Assembly (NCBI GenBank): GCA_964057225.1
Contig: OZ059894.1
Span: forward strand, 14,012,001 to 14,076,000
Length of the DNA stretch: 64,000 nucleotides
Source of the DNA: Auanema rhodensis
Lineage: Eukaryota; Animalia; Nematoda
Reading direction: 5' to 3'
Shown here: in pieces, positions 35,634-49,700 of the stretch
How positions within the stretch are numbered: the first letter of the stretch is position 1
Layout of the letters: the number at the start of each line of letters is the position of its first letter
Program-made: the position numbers and the translations under genes
The notes under the pieces: model-generated
Database searches by the model: none
What the model was told of the DNA's origin: nothing
What the model saw: only the letters and a program-made list of their open reading frames with translations

Positions 35634-38600
35634 TCAATTCACCTTTTTATAGAATAAAATATAAGCATCGCCTATCTGTAAACATTTTTTTATTTTCTCT
35701 TATTCTTTAAGAAAAACTTACATCGGCAGCTGTACAGCTTGCCGGTGTGACCGTCTCATCATCCATTCGCATCCAATTTCCTGTTTTTGCATGAGCAACT
35801 AATGCTGTATAATGTCCCCGAGATAATCTACCTCGGTGATTCTGAAGAAAAAGGTTAGAAATAAGTAAATTGTTCCTTAACTTACTGTTATTGCATACAA
35901 TCGGTATAGATTTCCTTGTCCGGAATTGGCATTTACATGTAAGAACTCTCGCAAATCTAACTTTTCCGGATCAAACTCTACATACATATCATTCTTTTCG
36001 TAATCACCATTAACAATAGAGAATCGTTTCAAATGTACAACCTAAAATGAAAATATAACATCGAAAAAGGTGTTAACAAACCAAAATAGAGGGTAACTTC
36101 CATAATTTTGTTCTCCTTCGAGCATACTGTCTCGATTTACATTTAGGACAATTCCAGTCATCAAGGCCCTGAAAACAGAACTTTGATTAGCCAAAACGAC
36201 AAGAGTGTTAACATACAGATTCGGAAAAATGCCGATCAAGACAGCTCCTCAACGAAGTATGACGCTCACTACAATGGGGTAATTCAACAGTTATGAGACT
36301 ACAATCTTCAAATGTGACTGAACGATCCCTACATCTCTGACACTCAAGTTCGGAAACCATTTGTAACTTAAAAGATTTAAATAAAATATATGAGGAATAA
36401 TACAAAAACTCTTACGTTAAAGATACGATTAATAGGAGAATTGGAAAATCTTATACTTTTTTGAGCGTAATCATTGGATTCTTGAACTATATTAGCTCCA
36501 CCTTTGTAATTTTGTTGAAAAGATATTCGCTTATGCACCTTAAATATACATACATAAGCTTTAAAATAATTTTTAAATCCTACAGCATTAGTATCTTCAT
36601 GTAAAGCATCCAATAAAAATATTTGGAATTCTGAAGCATCATGTTGATGACCGTCGGCAAGAGTTGAATTAACTTCTTTCGAGAAAATAGACTATAAAAC
36701 AGAAAAATTAATAAAGAAGTTTAAAACTATGAGATACCAAAAACTTTCGAGGTCTGATTGCTGTGAACTCGCCACTCCACATAAGATCTAGAAGAGCACT
36801 GAATACTGAGGAGATGATACCGCCAGTTCCAAAATCATTTTGACTGAAAAATATTTTATATAAAACTTGGTTTCAATAACTTACGGATTGATTTCAGATA
36901 GAAAACGGTTTTTTGTAAATAAATTAATGAGTTCGGGAGTGTGCATCAACGCCTTAATAGTTAAAACAGTAAAAAAAAGCTTAAAGAACGAACTTGAAGA
37001 GAAGCATTCATGAAGCATGTATTTCCCATATTGTATAAACCTGTACTACCTGGCTGAAAATCGTTTACAATTATAATTATGTATTTAATAATTTGAAATA
37101 TACCGTGCAAAGTCTTCGAGTAGATTCATTTTCAGTGGTTGTAATCATAAAATTATAAATTGCAAGACACTTCTTCTCTTCTTCAGCTCTGTAATTGTCG
37201 AAATTTAGAAAATTTTCAAAAAAATATCTCACGTCATTTCATATCCTCGCACAGGTTTTGTGCTACGATCTATGGTAGAAAAGGCACTGAAAGTGAATTG
37301 CTTACGAATTAAAAAATTTAAGAGAAGGCTAAATATTCTACAAAATATCATAAATATAAAAATTAGGAATTTCTAAAGTATGACCGCTTTTAACGTCAGT
37401 AAAATCAAAAATTCCGTAGAAACGTGAACTTACTTATTTCGGGGTACAGGTCTGAATTCGGGCTTCGCTTGACGAATATCTGGACCATTGGGCTTGCTAG
37501 TACGATCAATCGAAGGACCAAAAGGAGCAGTAGATACTTCTGAAAGCAATTTAAATATTTTGGATACAGACAATATGGTCCCTACTTGGCGCGGTATTGT
37601 TTTGCTCAGGGGGAATAATAGGAGAATGTTTTGGAATAGGAGGTTTATTTTCATCAGTTATAACTTCTACAACATAGATGTTGATAAATTTTTCATTTTT
37701 ACGCAAAAAACCTTGTTTAGAAGGTAATGATGAAAGCTGGGATGGCCGGGTTGGAGCGCTTGTTCGTGGGGGAATAGAAGGTCTTATTATATTTACAGTA
37801 GCTGAATATTTTAAAAATATGGAGAAAAAAAATTAGAGTACTTACGAGCTGTTGGAAGAGGTACAGTAGCAGTTGATGTCGGAATATTTGGAGTAACATC
37901 AAAGGTAGTCTCTTTTCGAACAACGGGTTCAGGTTTAGAAGGAATTTCTAATAATTTAATAAATAATAGAATATGAAAAGCAAGAAACCTCTATGTTTTT
38001 CTTGTGGCACTAAGATTGAAAGATCAGGATATACCACATGAGATAAAATTTCTGAAAAAAAGGTATTGTAATAGAATAATAAGCTAGAAAATTTACTCTT
38101 ATAGTCATTAATGCATACATCCAAATCATCCAAGTCAGTTCCTTTGTTGTGATGATCAGAAGAAACATATGTAGGATACACGAGTTTGAAGTTGTCAAAA
38201 CCACCTCTCATAATGAAAGGGCCTTTATCATCACCTAGTTTTTTATTTTGATACTGAAATTGAATTCTTTAAAATAGTTCAGATGTGAGAAATATATTTA
38301 CGTCAACTATTGCTCTTCTTAAAATATCTGCTCTTGATCCTATAAGTAAGTTTCCGTTTTCAATAGTTGGATCTTTTTCTTCCATAAATACAATGAGATC
38401 GGCTTCAAACACTTTTGACAATAATGGTCGTTGTCCAACATGTAGTCGGGTAGAAAGGCCATTAAAAATTAACCTGTGGACAATAATTTAATTAAAATTT
38501 CCAAATTGTTAAAACTACCCAGGAACAATAATTGAGTAATCTACAGATATAACTATGAAACTTGGGACTGTTGGATGAATAATTGTCTGACTTTTATCAA

Positions 38601-39254
38601 CGCGATAATCAAACACAACCTTTAAAAGCAATAATTAAAGCTCTGAGCAAAAATCGATAACACTTACAGCACATTTCTTTTGTTGAGTTACAGTTCGAAC
38701 AAGCTCCTTAGGATCAATAAAAAGAGATTCTCTTTTTAAAGTGACTTGAGCTAAAAAAACAATTTTGAAAAATTAAAGAATGCGGATTACCAAGAAGAGG
38801 TTGCGGGATTGGGATATATTTGGGTTCTTCTTTCTTTTCGTATAGCAATTCAACTCTTTTGGAGAGTTTTGCGATTTCATTGAGACATTGTTCATATTTC
38901 TGATGAAAAATGCGCTAAACAATAATAAATGTGAATATAATTAATCAATCCGACACTCACCCCTTTCGTTTGCTTGAATTTATCAAAATCAGACTTTTTC
39001 AAGATAAGAGAAGCTACAGCTCCAGCTCGAAAAAGAAAAAATAACCTTACTTCAAAGGTTAATTTTTGATCAAATCCTTCATAAAGTAGTTTAAGAAAAG
39101 AATCGTAGTTTCTTAAAATACAGCTTTGTACTAATAAAAATAAATAATTGACTCACGTATCGCAATTTGTTTTATTAAACTTGCATATGTAATCATGTGG
39201 TAAATCACTTTGCTTTTTCAAATCATCAAATGATTTGAAACGACTATTCTGCAT
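35634..39254 (-). CDS. usp-50: USP8-type ubiquitin-specific protease (N-terminal helical domain, rhodanese domain, UCH domain)
   Basis: Rhodanese-like segments (VFDYR, DLIVFME, IMRGGFDNFKLVYP); Cys box PGSTGLYNMGNTCFMNASLQ; QHDASEFQIFLLDALHED; VVHLKRF; His box YRLYAITNHRG..GHYTA; ends AYILFYKKVN-TGA. Confidence 0.88.
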
Positions 39255-39687
39255 TGTTTATTGTTTTATTTTCTTTCATGAACAATCATTAATAATCCTT
39301 AAAAAATTAATATAAAATTCAATTAATAAACAAAAAAAATCAAATAAATAAATAGATGACGTCAGTTTAAAAAGCTTGTCACTATACATCGCAAAGCCTT
39401 GCGTATTTCTATCGTTGATTCGAAATAAAAGAAATAGGTGGATCTTTTTATATTCTTGATAAAATAATATCAAACAATAGTTTATCTTATGGCATGATTG
39501 AATGAGTCAGTCTAACTTTATGATGGCTTCCAGCTTGCTTTGGATTCCAACAGGTTTCAATATTTATGTTCTTTGGTCATTATAGTTTCTTCGTTTAAAA
39601 ACTTCGATTTGAATGTGTTCTCATCTCATTTTTGGATAGTTACATGATTGATTCGATAACGAAAATTAGTAAATTAATGCTTTTAAG

Positions 39688-40542
39688 ATGTCGAATGCAA
39701 ATTTCGAGCCAATGCCCTTTCGTAGGGCATTTGGTAAAGGAGGTGCAATTGAGCCAGCAGGCTCATCATTAGGAAGATCTTTAGCAGATTTAGAAGCTAA
39801 ATCTACACCTCCCATATATGATGACAATGCATTCGTAGGTATACCTTTGATCACATTTGTTGTTTATTTTGTGTTTTGTTTAGATTCTGCTGGTCAGGCT
39901 ATCATGAAACCTATCGTTTCTGGAGCTTGTAGGAAATGTGGACTTGTAGGACATTTAACTTTCCAGGTAATATATATATATATATATATTCTACTTGCTT
40001 AAACTTACCGTTTAGTGCCGTAATTTTCTTCAAATTCATCCAAATGTCAAAACAACACTTGATATTAGCTCAACTAGTTCTGATTCGGAGACAGAGACAC
40101 CATTAGGTTAGAAATTGTATTCAGTTTACTCTTATAGTAATAATTCAGTTAAAAAAAGTAAAAAAATAAAAAAGAAGAAAGAAAAAAAACGAAGTAGTAA
40201 GAAAGAAAAGAAGAAGTCATCGAAGAAAAAGAAAAGGTATTTTTATTTGTTTTATATGGTAAACGATAATGTGTTGTAGTTATTCTTCTTCCGACTCTGA
40301 TGATGATGATTCTAAAAAGAAGCGTAAACGGTATGTAATCCGGTTTTTTTACATTACTATTTTCCTTTAGAAAACGTTCGAGCAGCACCAGTAGCAACGA
40401 TAGTGATTCTGATGACCATAGAAGACGGAAAATAAAGAAGGAGGAAAAGTAATTTTTAATTATTTTGCTATTTTACATAATTAGTAATAGGAAAAAGAAG
40501 AAGAAAAAGTCCAAAAAATCTCATCACTCGGATTCGGACTGA
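39688..40542 (+). CDS. SREK1IP1: SREK1IP1-like CCHC zinc-knuckle, Lys/Ser-rich splicing-associated protein
   Basis: GACRKCGLVGHLTFQCRNFLQ followed by LDISSTSSDSETETPL and a poly-K/S/D tail. Confidence 0.82.
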
Positions 40543-40651
40543 TTGAAATAGTTAAGAATCTGCTACATCTCGAGTTCTAATGTTTATTTACAAAAAATAC
40601 CCGTCATAGACGAAATAATAATTTCTTCAACACTTAAATATAAGTCGTATT

Positions 40652-41165
40652 TTATTCTTCATCTTCTTGTGGATATCGGGCTTTAACTTCAGATTCTACT
40701 GGAAATTTGAATGCCAAAATTAAAATTTAAACTATTTACTAACCTGCTTTATAAACTCCTGGATATTTGCTAGATAAACTGCTTTTGAACAAACGGATTT
40801 TTTTAAAAATGAACTCCAAATCATCTTTCATCTGAATATCATTGATTATGTAATTGAATAATCTTTTAAACACCTGTAATATTGTTTCTTTATGTAAAGC
40901 TGCATCTTTCTTTGCTCTTTCAAATCGTTTCTCACTTAACTTATTACAGTTAGTAAGCATTTCATTGGTTTTTTCAAACCGTCGTAACCTTTAAAATGTT
41001 GAGCTTATTTTTAATAATAAAGTTTTGAACGTCGAACCCTTCTTTCTGTGCTTCTATTATAGCTTCAATAGTTGGTGAATCAATTTGGCTAGCAATGGTA
41101 TCTATTAGTTGTTGCTCATGTTGAAATTCAGATTCTTGAGAACTATCACGGAAAAATGATGACAT
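40652..41165 (-). CDS. kxd-1: KxDL motif-containing protein (BORC/BLOC-1-associated)
   Basis: [26 protein letters not shown] and [13 protein letters not shown] (KxDL motif); ends YPQEDEE-TAA. Confidence 0.9.
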
Positions 41166-43735
41166 TTAACTATAAAATATATTATTTTTAATATGTATAA
41201 CATCGTAATAATTTAATAATAATGAGAATACAAGACAGCATCTTTAGAAGACTGCACGGCAATAACGCATAGGGTTGGCGCATATAGTGTGTATTGCAAT
41301 AACTGAATTGGGGAAGAGTTCAGAAGAATGTTGGTATTAATTCAAAGTAAAGCACGTTTGAAGTAATGGATGATTTTACACTCTAATTTTTTTATTAAAG
41401 TTTGAATTTTCATCAGAAATTGAAGTATGGTTAGTTCACAATATCAATATCCTATAAAGGTACTTAGGTTAACGAGGAAAAAAAACAAGCAATCAAAAGA
41501 GATATGAAGAAGACAGAAAGAGGAAGAAGAAGAAAGGAAAAAAGATATGGGGATGTAGAGATCTCTTGCAATATATCTCTCTTCTTATTACAATAGTGGA
41601 AAGAGAACTGACGTAAAGTCGTTACTGCCATCCACAACCTCTTTTAATATAAGAATGTTGGTTTCCAATTTGAATTGATGTGGTAGTTCGATTATCATTT
41701 CAAAAATTATTTTTTTCCCTATAATAAGTTTCATTGAACAGGCTATATTTTCATGTTATTTTTGTTCTTTGAGTTTTCAATTATATCACAACATCAGTTT
41801 CTTTCGGACAGCTCTGTTATGATGATCTTTCTATGTTACTTTGCTACTGTTTTGTGATTTTTTGCACCTAAATTACAATTAAGCTTCAACTTAAGTTTCA
41901 AAAATTTGTTTTTATGCCTTCTACTTTGATTTTATCGATTTTGTTTCCACAATATCGCCAGTGCCTCAAGATTTGACCAGTTGCAAACATCTGTTTCTAA
42001 TCATGCCATCGAACTGAGTGATTGGTTATTCTACCTGAGAACAATTCAAATAAAAATCTCTAAAGTTTTTGTATTTGGAAAATAATGAAAATATAAGTTT
42101 AAGAAAATAATTGACATCTTAAAACTTTTCAATAGATTGAAAGTTTTTTTTAAATTTATTTTATTTATCCAAATTATGTTAAATCTAAAAGTTTTTCTAA
42201 AATTAAATTTTTGTTTCTTACGCTTTCGTACTTAGATAGATGTGCCACTTGATACTGCTCTACTTTACAATGAAATAAGAAAAAATGTAGGTGATGTGCT
42301 AAAAGTGAGTAGTATAAACTCTGTGAATGATACTCCATATTTCAAATTTATGCTATCTTCAATGTTTTTCTATACGTCTGATTATTTGAATCTGACATCA
42401 ATCTCTGTCAATTAATTAGAAAGTTTGAGTTATTCTGATCTTCTTATGTAATTTCTTTACTTAATTATAAATCATTTAGATATTTATATTTTTATAATTC
42501 ATATAATACATTATTATATTTATGAAAAGATTTATCACATATGAAAAGAGAGAAAAAATGCTCAACTTTGTAATCAAAGTGATCGATAAAGCTATTCAAC
42601 AGTTGGTAGAATCAATTGACCTCAGAACTTTTATATTGCCATTTGCAATGGCATTTCCATTTTTTTTGTTTATTCTTTTAATATTTGCTTAATTTAAAAA
42701 ATTCGAAACTATTTTCAAATCTTTTCTTTTGTGTTTTAAACTGAAACTAACCAGATCTATCGTGTTTTGCTATCTCCTTTATTGAAAATAAATTTTGATG
42801 TGAACACATGTACGCGTGCCAAGCAGTCTATAACGTACAGAAGAAGTGAAAGAAGCATAAATGCGTTAAATAAACTTCACAGATCTATGTATATTTCTCA
42901 TGAAACACTTTCTCAATTTTCAGCTTTCTATGATTATTTTCTCTCGTTCTCTTTGTTTCCCTTCATTGTGCGTTATGTCTTCATCCCTTCATCTTCTATA
43001 TATCTTAGGGGTCAGGTAGATAGTCTCGGCTTGAAATCCTTCTTCTTGTTATTTGTCTAACAAATCTTCTCGTTGATGAAATAGACGATGGACGGTTAGA
43101 GTTCATCTCTCCAACTTCTTAAAGACAACCTCCGCTGAATTCTAACATCAGTCGTATTCTTTGCATATTCGAAGAAAAATCCTAAAGATTACTTTTTCAA
43201 AATTTTAATGTAAATACTTATAGAAATATAAACTTTAAACTTCAAACCTATTTTTCAATTTGTTTATCTTTATTTTTTTATATTATATTTATAAACATCT
43301 AATCCTTTTTTTGTTTTGAAAAATCATAAATAACATACTTAACTCATACTTTTTTTCATTTTTTTAAATATTTTAAGTTGTTACTATAACTTATAGGATT
43401 TTCGTGTTAAAAATAACATACACGAGGAGAACAAGCATCTCTTCGTTGTGTTTATTCTCTTTGAATTGTTCTAATTCTTTATCTTTCTAAATTGTTTCAG
43501 TTAAAACTTTTCTTTATTGTACCGCTTTTTTAACATTTTTTTCTTCAAATTATAACTTCATTGATATTTATAAATTAATGTTAATACATCTATTTTAGGT
43601 ATTTGTCTTCCTTTGTATGGCATATTTTAATCAAATTAACTTTAAATTATAAAAAAATTGCCACAGATCATCCATACATCAAAAACCTGATAATTATTTA
43701 TACGATCGGCTTGAAGAAACTTGTAGTTTATCGTG

Positions 43736-46700
43736 ATGCCATTCAAGCAACCCTTGGGTGAGCGGGCTGATAATCGCACACCACCAACATTTATTCGAGT
43801 ATGATATTCTTTGTTTAATTGATTTAATTAAAAAATATTTTTTACAGCCTTTATCGGATAAACGAGCAGTTGTTGGTGAGCGAGTCATATTAGAATGCCA
43901 AGTCGAGGGTCATCCTGATCCAGCCGTTAAATGGCTTAAAGATGGAAACAATGTCTCAAACTGTCCTGATTATCAAGTAAATTTGAATTTTTAGATAATT
44001 TGCTATTATATAATAATGCTTAGAATTTGAATTAGTTATAATATATGATATAATCTTTGAATATTGAATTGAAGAGCCTCGTAAAGACACGAGCACTCGT
44101 CAGCCTATTGTGAGCAAATACAAAAGTTGCCCAACAATCATCAATCTTTTCAAGTACCAAATGTCTTTTGTTTATTAGTTCTTAATAGTAAAATTAGTAT
44201 AAGGAATGGTTAAATATATGAAAATAAGGTTAAAACTGGTAATAAGATAAATTATTTTCAGATTGTTGAAGATGGTGTTCATCATCGCCTGATTATTCAA
44301 CAATGCCATGGTTCTGATAGTGGTCGATTCACAGCACAAGTAAGCTTAGACCAAAACCAAACTAAAAATCAAATCTCATAATTTAGGCCGCAAATGCTGC
44401 TGGCTTAAAACAGTCCACATGCATATTAATTGTTGCTCCAGCTCCAACACCTGTTCCTGGTGCCAAATCTGTTGTGTATGTTATGAAATTGTTGAGTTTG
44501 ATAATATCTAAGATTTTTTAGCAATTCTCCTGCTCCTCCTCAAACTCCTGTAGGACCATGCGCTCCATTCTTCATCAAAGAGTTACGTCATCAACCTCTG
44601 AAACCCGGAAGCTTAATGGTACTTGAAGCTCGAGTTGCGGCTGTTCCTCCACCAACAGTAGAATGGTTGAAAAATGGAAAGCCATTACAGAACTATAGGT
44701 TATTTACACATTTGACTCAATAACTAAAACTTGAATATATAGAGCAAAACTTGAGCATGAGCCTCAAACAGGAATCGTATCCTTGACCTTACCTCAAATG
44801 TTTAATGATGATGTTGGAGAATATGTTTGTAAAGCAACCAATATTCATGGAGAAGCTACGTCTGTTGCTCAAGTAAATTCCTAATATTGAGTTGGAAATA
44901 TTATTTTCATTTGTAATATTCAGCTTCTACCTAAAGAGCAATATGATCGTTGGTTTTCTGATGAACAAAGTCGTGTAACTAGGGATCGTAAGCAAGTTAT
45001 GCTGAATCAAGCTGGAAGAGGAACTAATGTTGCTCAAAAATATATGCAAAAACAAGGATATGCCACTGATCAAGAAAGTGTTGATACAGTTTGTTGAATA
45101 TATAAATACAAATAATGTATTTTGTTATTATAGCCATGGGGTATCTCTGAATCCGAAACAGAACCTGAATTAGCTGCTTTGGATGCTCGTGGTCCAGGAG
45201 CAAAGCCAATCTTGAGAACAGCTTTACGTGGACTTCGTTTAACTGAAGGAACTGATGCTGTTCTTCAAGCTAATATTGTTGGAAATCCAAAACCAAGAGT
45301 ACCATTCAAACCTGAAATTCATTGAATACATTTATGGAATATTTTAGATTTTCTGGCATTACAATGGACGTCCACTTCAACTTCATGGTACTCGTATGCA
45401 GATGACATACAAAGGTAAAATACAATTAAAAAAATAGAAATTTTATTTATTTTGATTTTAAGGTTCATTAGCTGTTCTTAAAATTATTATGATTACACCC
45501 GAAGAAGGTGGAGAGTATACTGTAATTGCTGAAAATCGTTTCGGAAAGGTTAGTTTATTCTTCTTTTTCTTCTTAATTATTATAATTTTATAAATTTTTA
45601 ATTATTATTCTTAATCAATACGTTTTAATATTTATCAAAATTACTTGTTTAAATCTAATGATGTTCATGTTAATTTATGAAAATTCGATTAAAAATATCC
45701 TTGAATGGATTTTTTTCTATTTTCTTCTGTCAATTTCAAAGAAAATAAGGATCAACTTTTGATTGATTCTAAGAAATATATTGAAGTTTCAATCTCCCAG
45801 CTAAAACGGTTTTTTTACTTTTCTTTCGTGCAAATATTCGGGAGCACTGTGCGATTTACGTCTCCATCCGAACTGATTCTTTGAGGACTTTGTTGGATTT
45901 TCGTCATCATTTATAATCAATAATTGAATTATATCCATCATTTACTTCTCTTTTATGATTTCCTTTTAAGCTGTTTCATCTTAATTTTCTTATTTTCATT
46001 ATGAGAATCAATGGTAATTCAAGAATTTCAAATACAATATTGAGAGTTTGAACATACAAGAGTGAAGATACATGAAGTATCTATATACTCATTCTCATTA
46101 CTAATTAACTTGACATGAAGACCGGTTGTGTTTTTCTTTTCAGTTATCTTCTTCCTTCATTTTCTGTTTCATCAACTACTTCATAGTACCCACCCACTTT
46201 CTTTACGAACCATACGCTATTGGGCTCTTTCTCACCTTTAATTATCATGTTTTTATTAAAATCAATGGTTTTATCATGATTATCGTTGACATGCACAGAA
46301 ATTCTCCAGATGTCTTGTTCATTATTGTCGACCAAGATTCTCGCGGATTCCAGTCGATAAGCTGGTGTTCCACAGATTATGAATCGTTCTATTTACAAAC
46401 GAAATGACAGTGAGAGCAAGATAGAAGGAGATCGAAAGAGAGAATATTCGAAGGACAGTCTATGTCAATTCCTTTCTAATTCTCAACCTACCTGTACATA
46501 TCTATATGTATCTCTCCCTATCTCAATATCTCTGTTTCATTTCAATGTTTCTTTCTCGACATCTCCGCTTTTTCTTTTTCTCTCCACAGCTCTGCCTCCC
46601 TCGCACTTGGCTCACCACCGTCATCGTCTTCAGCTTTTCTAGATGCACCACAGCGGCAAAAGCAAAAGGCGTGAATGCAATGTCAGCAGTACTATCCACC

Positions 46701-49700
46701 CACACATGATTTCAACATTCTCTCTTTATCCCAATCTTCAACTTACTTTTTCCAAAATCATTATCCCTTTGAAAACTTTTTTTATAAACTTGTCGAGATT
46801 TGGGTGATCAAGCTCTTCTTTACTTGCACCTCCTCAATGATGTGCAAGTTTGATAAACTAAAGAAATATTTTTCAACTTTCACGAAATAAAATTCATGAA
46901 CACTAGAAACTGAAAGTGGGAGGAACTTCGCAAACGGTTGTTGGCAACGAAAAACGGCAAACTTCCCTCCCATCGAATTTGTTACACTGTCTCCTGCTCA
47001 AGGAAAATGATACGAAGAGAAAGAGAGAGAGCACATAATGAAATACAATGAAAAAGAGAGTGAAAGAGAAATCTTTGATAGTCACAGAGCTGAACAGGAG
47101 CTCAATCAATTAAATAATCGTTTGGAAAACAATCAAATAGCGATGCCAGTCGCCTTTATAGTAACATTTTCATTTTGATCATCTGTTTATTTCAAAAAAT
47201 ATCTACAAAAATAAACAACTAAAGATATTTTAATTCAATTCATTTTTTTATTTTTTGCTTAAAATCTTTTCAAACACTTTCTAGAGAATTTCAATGTTTT
47301 TCCTCCATTTTTGTATTTCAACAGTCTTCAAGAATATCCTTAACTCTTCAGCTATTTTCTTCTAAAATCATTTCCCTTTTTCTGAAAAGAAACAGTTCGT
47401 CTTCAGAAATCATGGTCTTCAAGTTAATAAGTCTTCCTAAAAAGGAAAGTGTTTGTTTAGCACTTCACGGACGAACGGTCTCATCTCATGTTCTTTCTTT
47501 GCTTCATCTTTTTAATATTCCCACTTCACTTTCTTCACAGAAACAGATCTCATTTTCATTCTTTTTAACTTGATTTTGAAATAATTTCTATTTTCTTAAT
47601 TATTCTTTAATTATTACATATAAGTTAAAGGTTGTAATTACTTTTGGTTAAAGATCATTTGTATTGTTGATGTTTACTTCTTAGACAACTGAAATGATCT
47701 ATTGAACTGCAAATCACTAGATATTCTAACCTTTCTTGCTCAACATCTCTGGAAGATTTTAAAGTTTTGAAAAAAAAGCTTATAAAGCGTCTCGTGTATC
47801 ATACTCGTTTACTTAGTTTGAAGTTTAACATGAACTCATTTCACTATTATATTCTTATAAATTATTATATTTTAATAACTTATAATATAATTAACTATAC
47901 TATACTATATTTATTATTTTTATTTTAGGTAGAGAGCACTGCTCGAATAGAGGTTTATCCACTTAGTGCTCCTGACGAACGACTCAGAGATCACCAACTA
48001 CTCGAACAGCAACAGGTTTCATTTAGCCATTATTTTTTTAAATTCATAATATTCTCAAGATATATTGTGAAATTCTCTCAATTTTTCAAAAAATCATCAA
48101 TAAAAAAAGCTTGACTTTCTAAACGACATCTGGCTCAAGACCAATGAGTATGTTAAAGTTGTAATAGGCTGAAGATAGGTTGAGCGAGATATCAACAAAA
48201 ACTTTGCAAAGCAACAGATCCCAAATGTCCAGAAGAAGAGTTTAGAAATGCGTCAAGCTTTAAAGTTTTAACACAAAAATAATTTGAAGTAATGTGATGA
48301 CGATATCATTTTCATCTCTCTTACTTTCTCCCACTCATCTTTTCTTATGCTCTGTATGTATCTCAAAGTCTTACTCTTTTTCAAGTCTATAATAGAAGAA
48401 ATGATTTGCTCATTGTGCTCTCAAAATGACCACAAAATCAACTTGATCATCAAAATTGTTAATCAAAAGCATGTGGGCGGGATCATTTTGCAAAAAAAAG
48501 TTTTTTTGTTTACTTTTCTGACGAAATTATTTCAAAACTTAATTTTTTTAAATGTCTTGACAGATGAAGAAAGTATATGATGCTATAAAGATGAGAAGAA
48601 AAAGTTTAAATAGATAATGAAAATGCAACCGCTCTCTCTTGTAATTTGAAGTAACATGACGTTCTTGTTTATAAAATTTACGTGTTATATTCAAATATTC
48701 AACTAATTATAATATTATTATTATTTTATATAATTAAAAATTAACTATATATATATTTAAATAATTTATATTATAAAACAATATTTACAGTTAGAACAGC
48801 AACGTCGTTACGAACAAGCCCTTGAAAGGGAACAGCGTGAGCGACGAGCTAGAGAAGAAGAAAATCGACATATTCGCGAAGAGCAGGTAATTAAAGTTTT
48901 ATGTTTAAATATTTTTTTATACTTAGTTTTACTTTATTTTTCTTTAAATTTTATTGTTATTAATTGATTTAATGATAATCTAGCTCTTTGTTTATATTTT
49001 TTTTCTATCTGACCAGCTGAATTTTCATTCTTTTTGTATCTTTTGCTCTAAATCGCATCGAGCCAGTTGTTAAATATTTAGTAGTTGATCATCCGCAACT
49101 GCTGGTGTAACTTTCTAGTTTTTTCTTAAATACGATCGTAATCGGTATTTAAGATCTCTTTACTTTAATAGTATTAAACTCAACTAACTATATGTTGCAA
49201 TTTAAAAATAATAATATTATTTTTAATTTTCAGGAGCGTCTGCGACAGCTTTTCGAACGAGAACGTGCTGAGCGTGAACGCTTAGAACGTGAACGCAGAC
49301 AAGAGGTTGAAAAGAGATCACGCCAACAGGAGGTTATCATTTCGAATAATATTTTAAAACTTGTAATAATCATTCTTTAAAGGATTCTCAGCCTCATCTT
49401 CTTCAATTCCATCAATCGGAACAGCCCAATTGGCGACAGCAGCAGCAGCAACAGCCAGTTCAACAAGTTCCTCAACAAAGTTACAGTAAGAATATTCAAA
49501 CGACTATTATGTAAAATGAATATTTCTAGATATCTTCCGAGACGGTGGACGGCCGATAGAGCAGCAATATCGCCAAGTTCCTCAACAACCTCAACAACCT
49601 CAACAACCTCAACAACCTAAACAATATTATTATCAACCAGCTCAAAATCAGCAGGTAAATTATAATATATATATGTTGTGTACTTTTTATTCATTATTTC

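Noticed and set aside
46747-46858. In-frame TGA on the minus strand (FIKLAHH*GGASKEELDH) as a possible selenocysteine codon
   Set aside because: No redox motif, no SECIS seen, and the phase does not join the downstream candidate exon.
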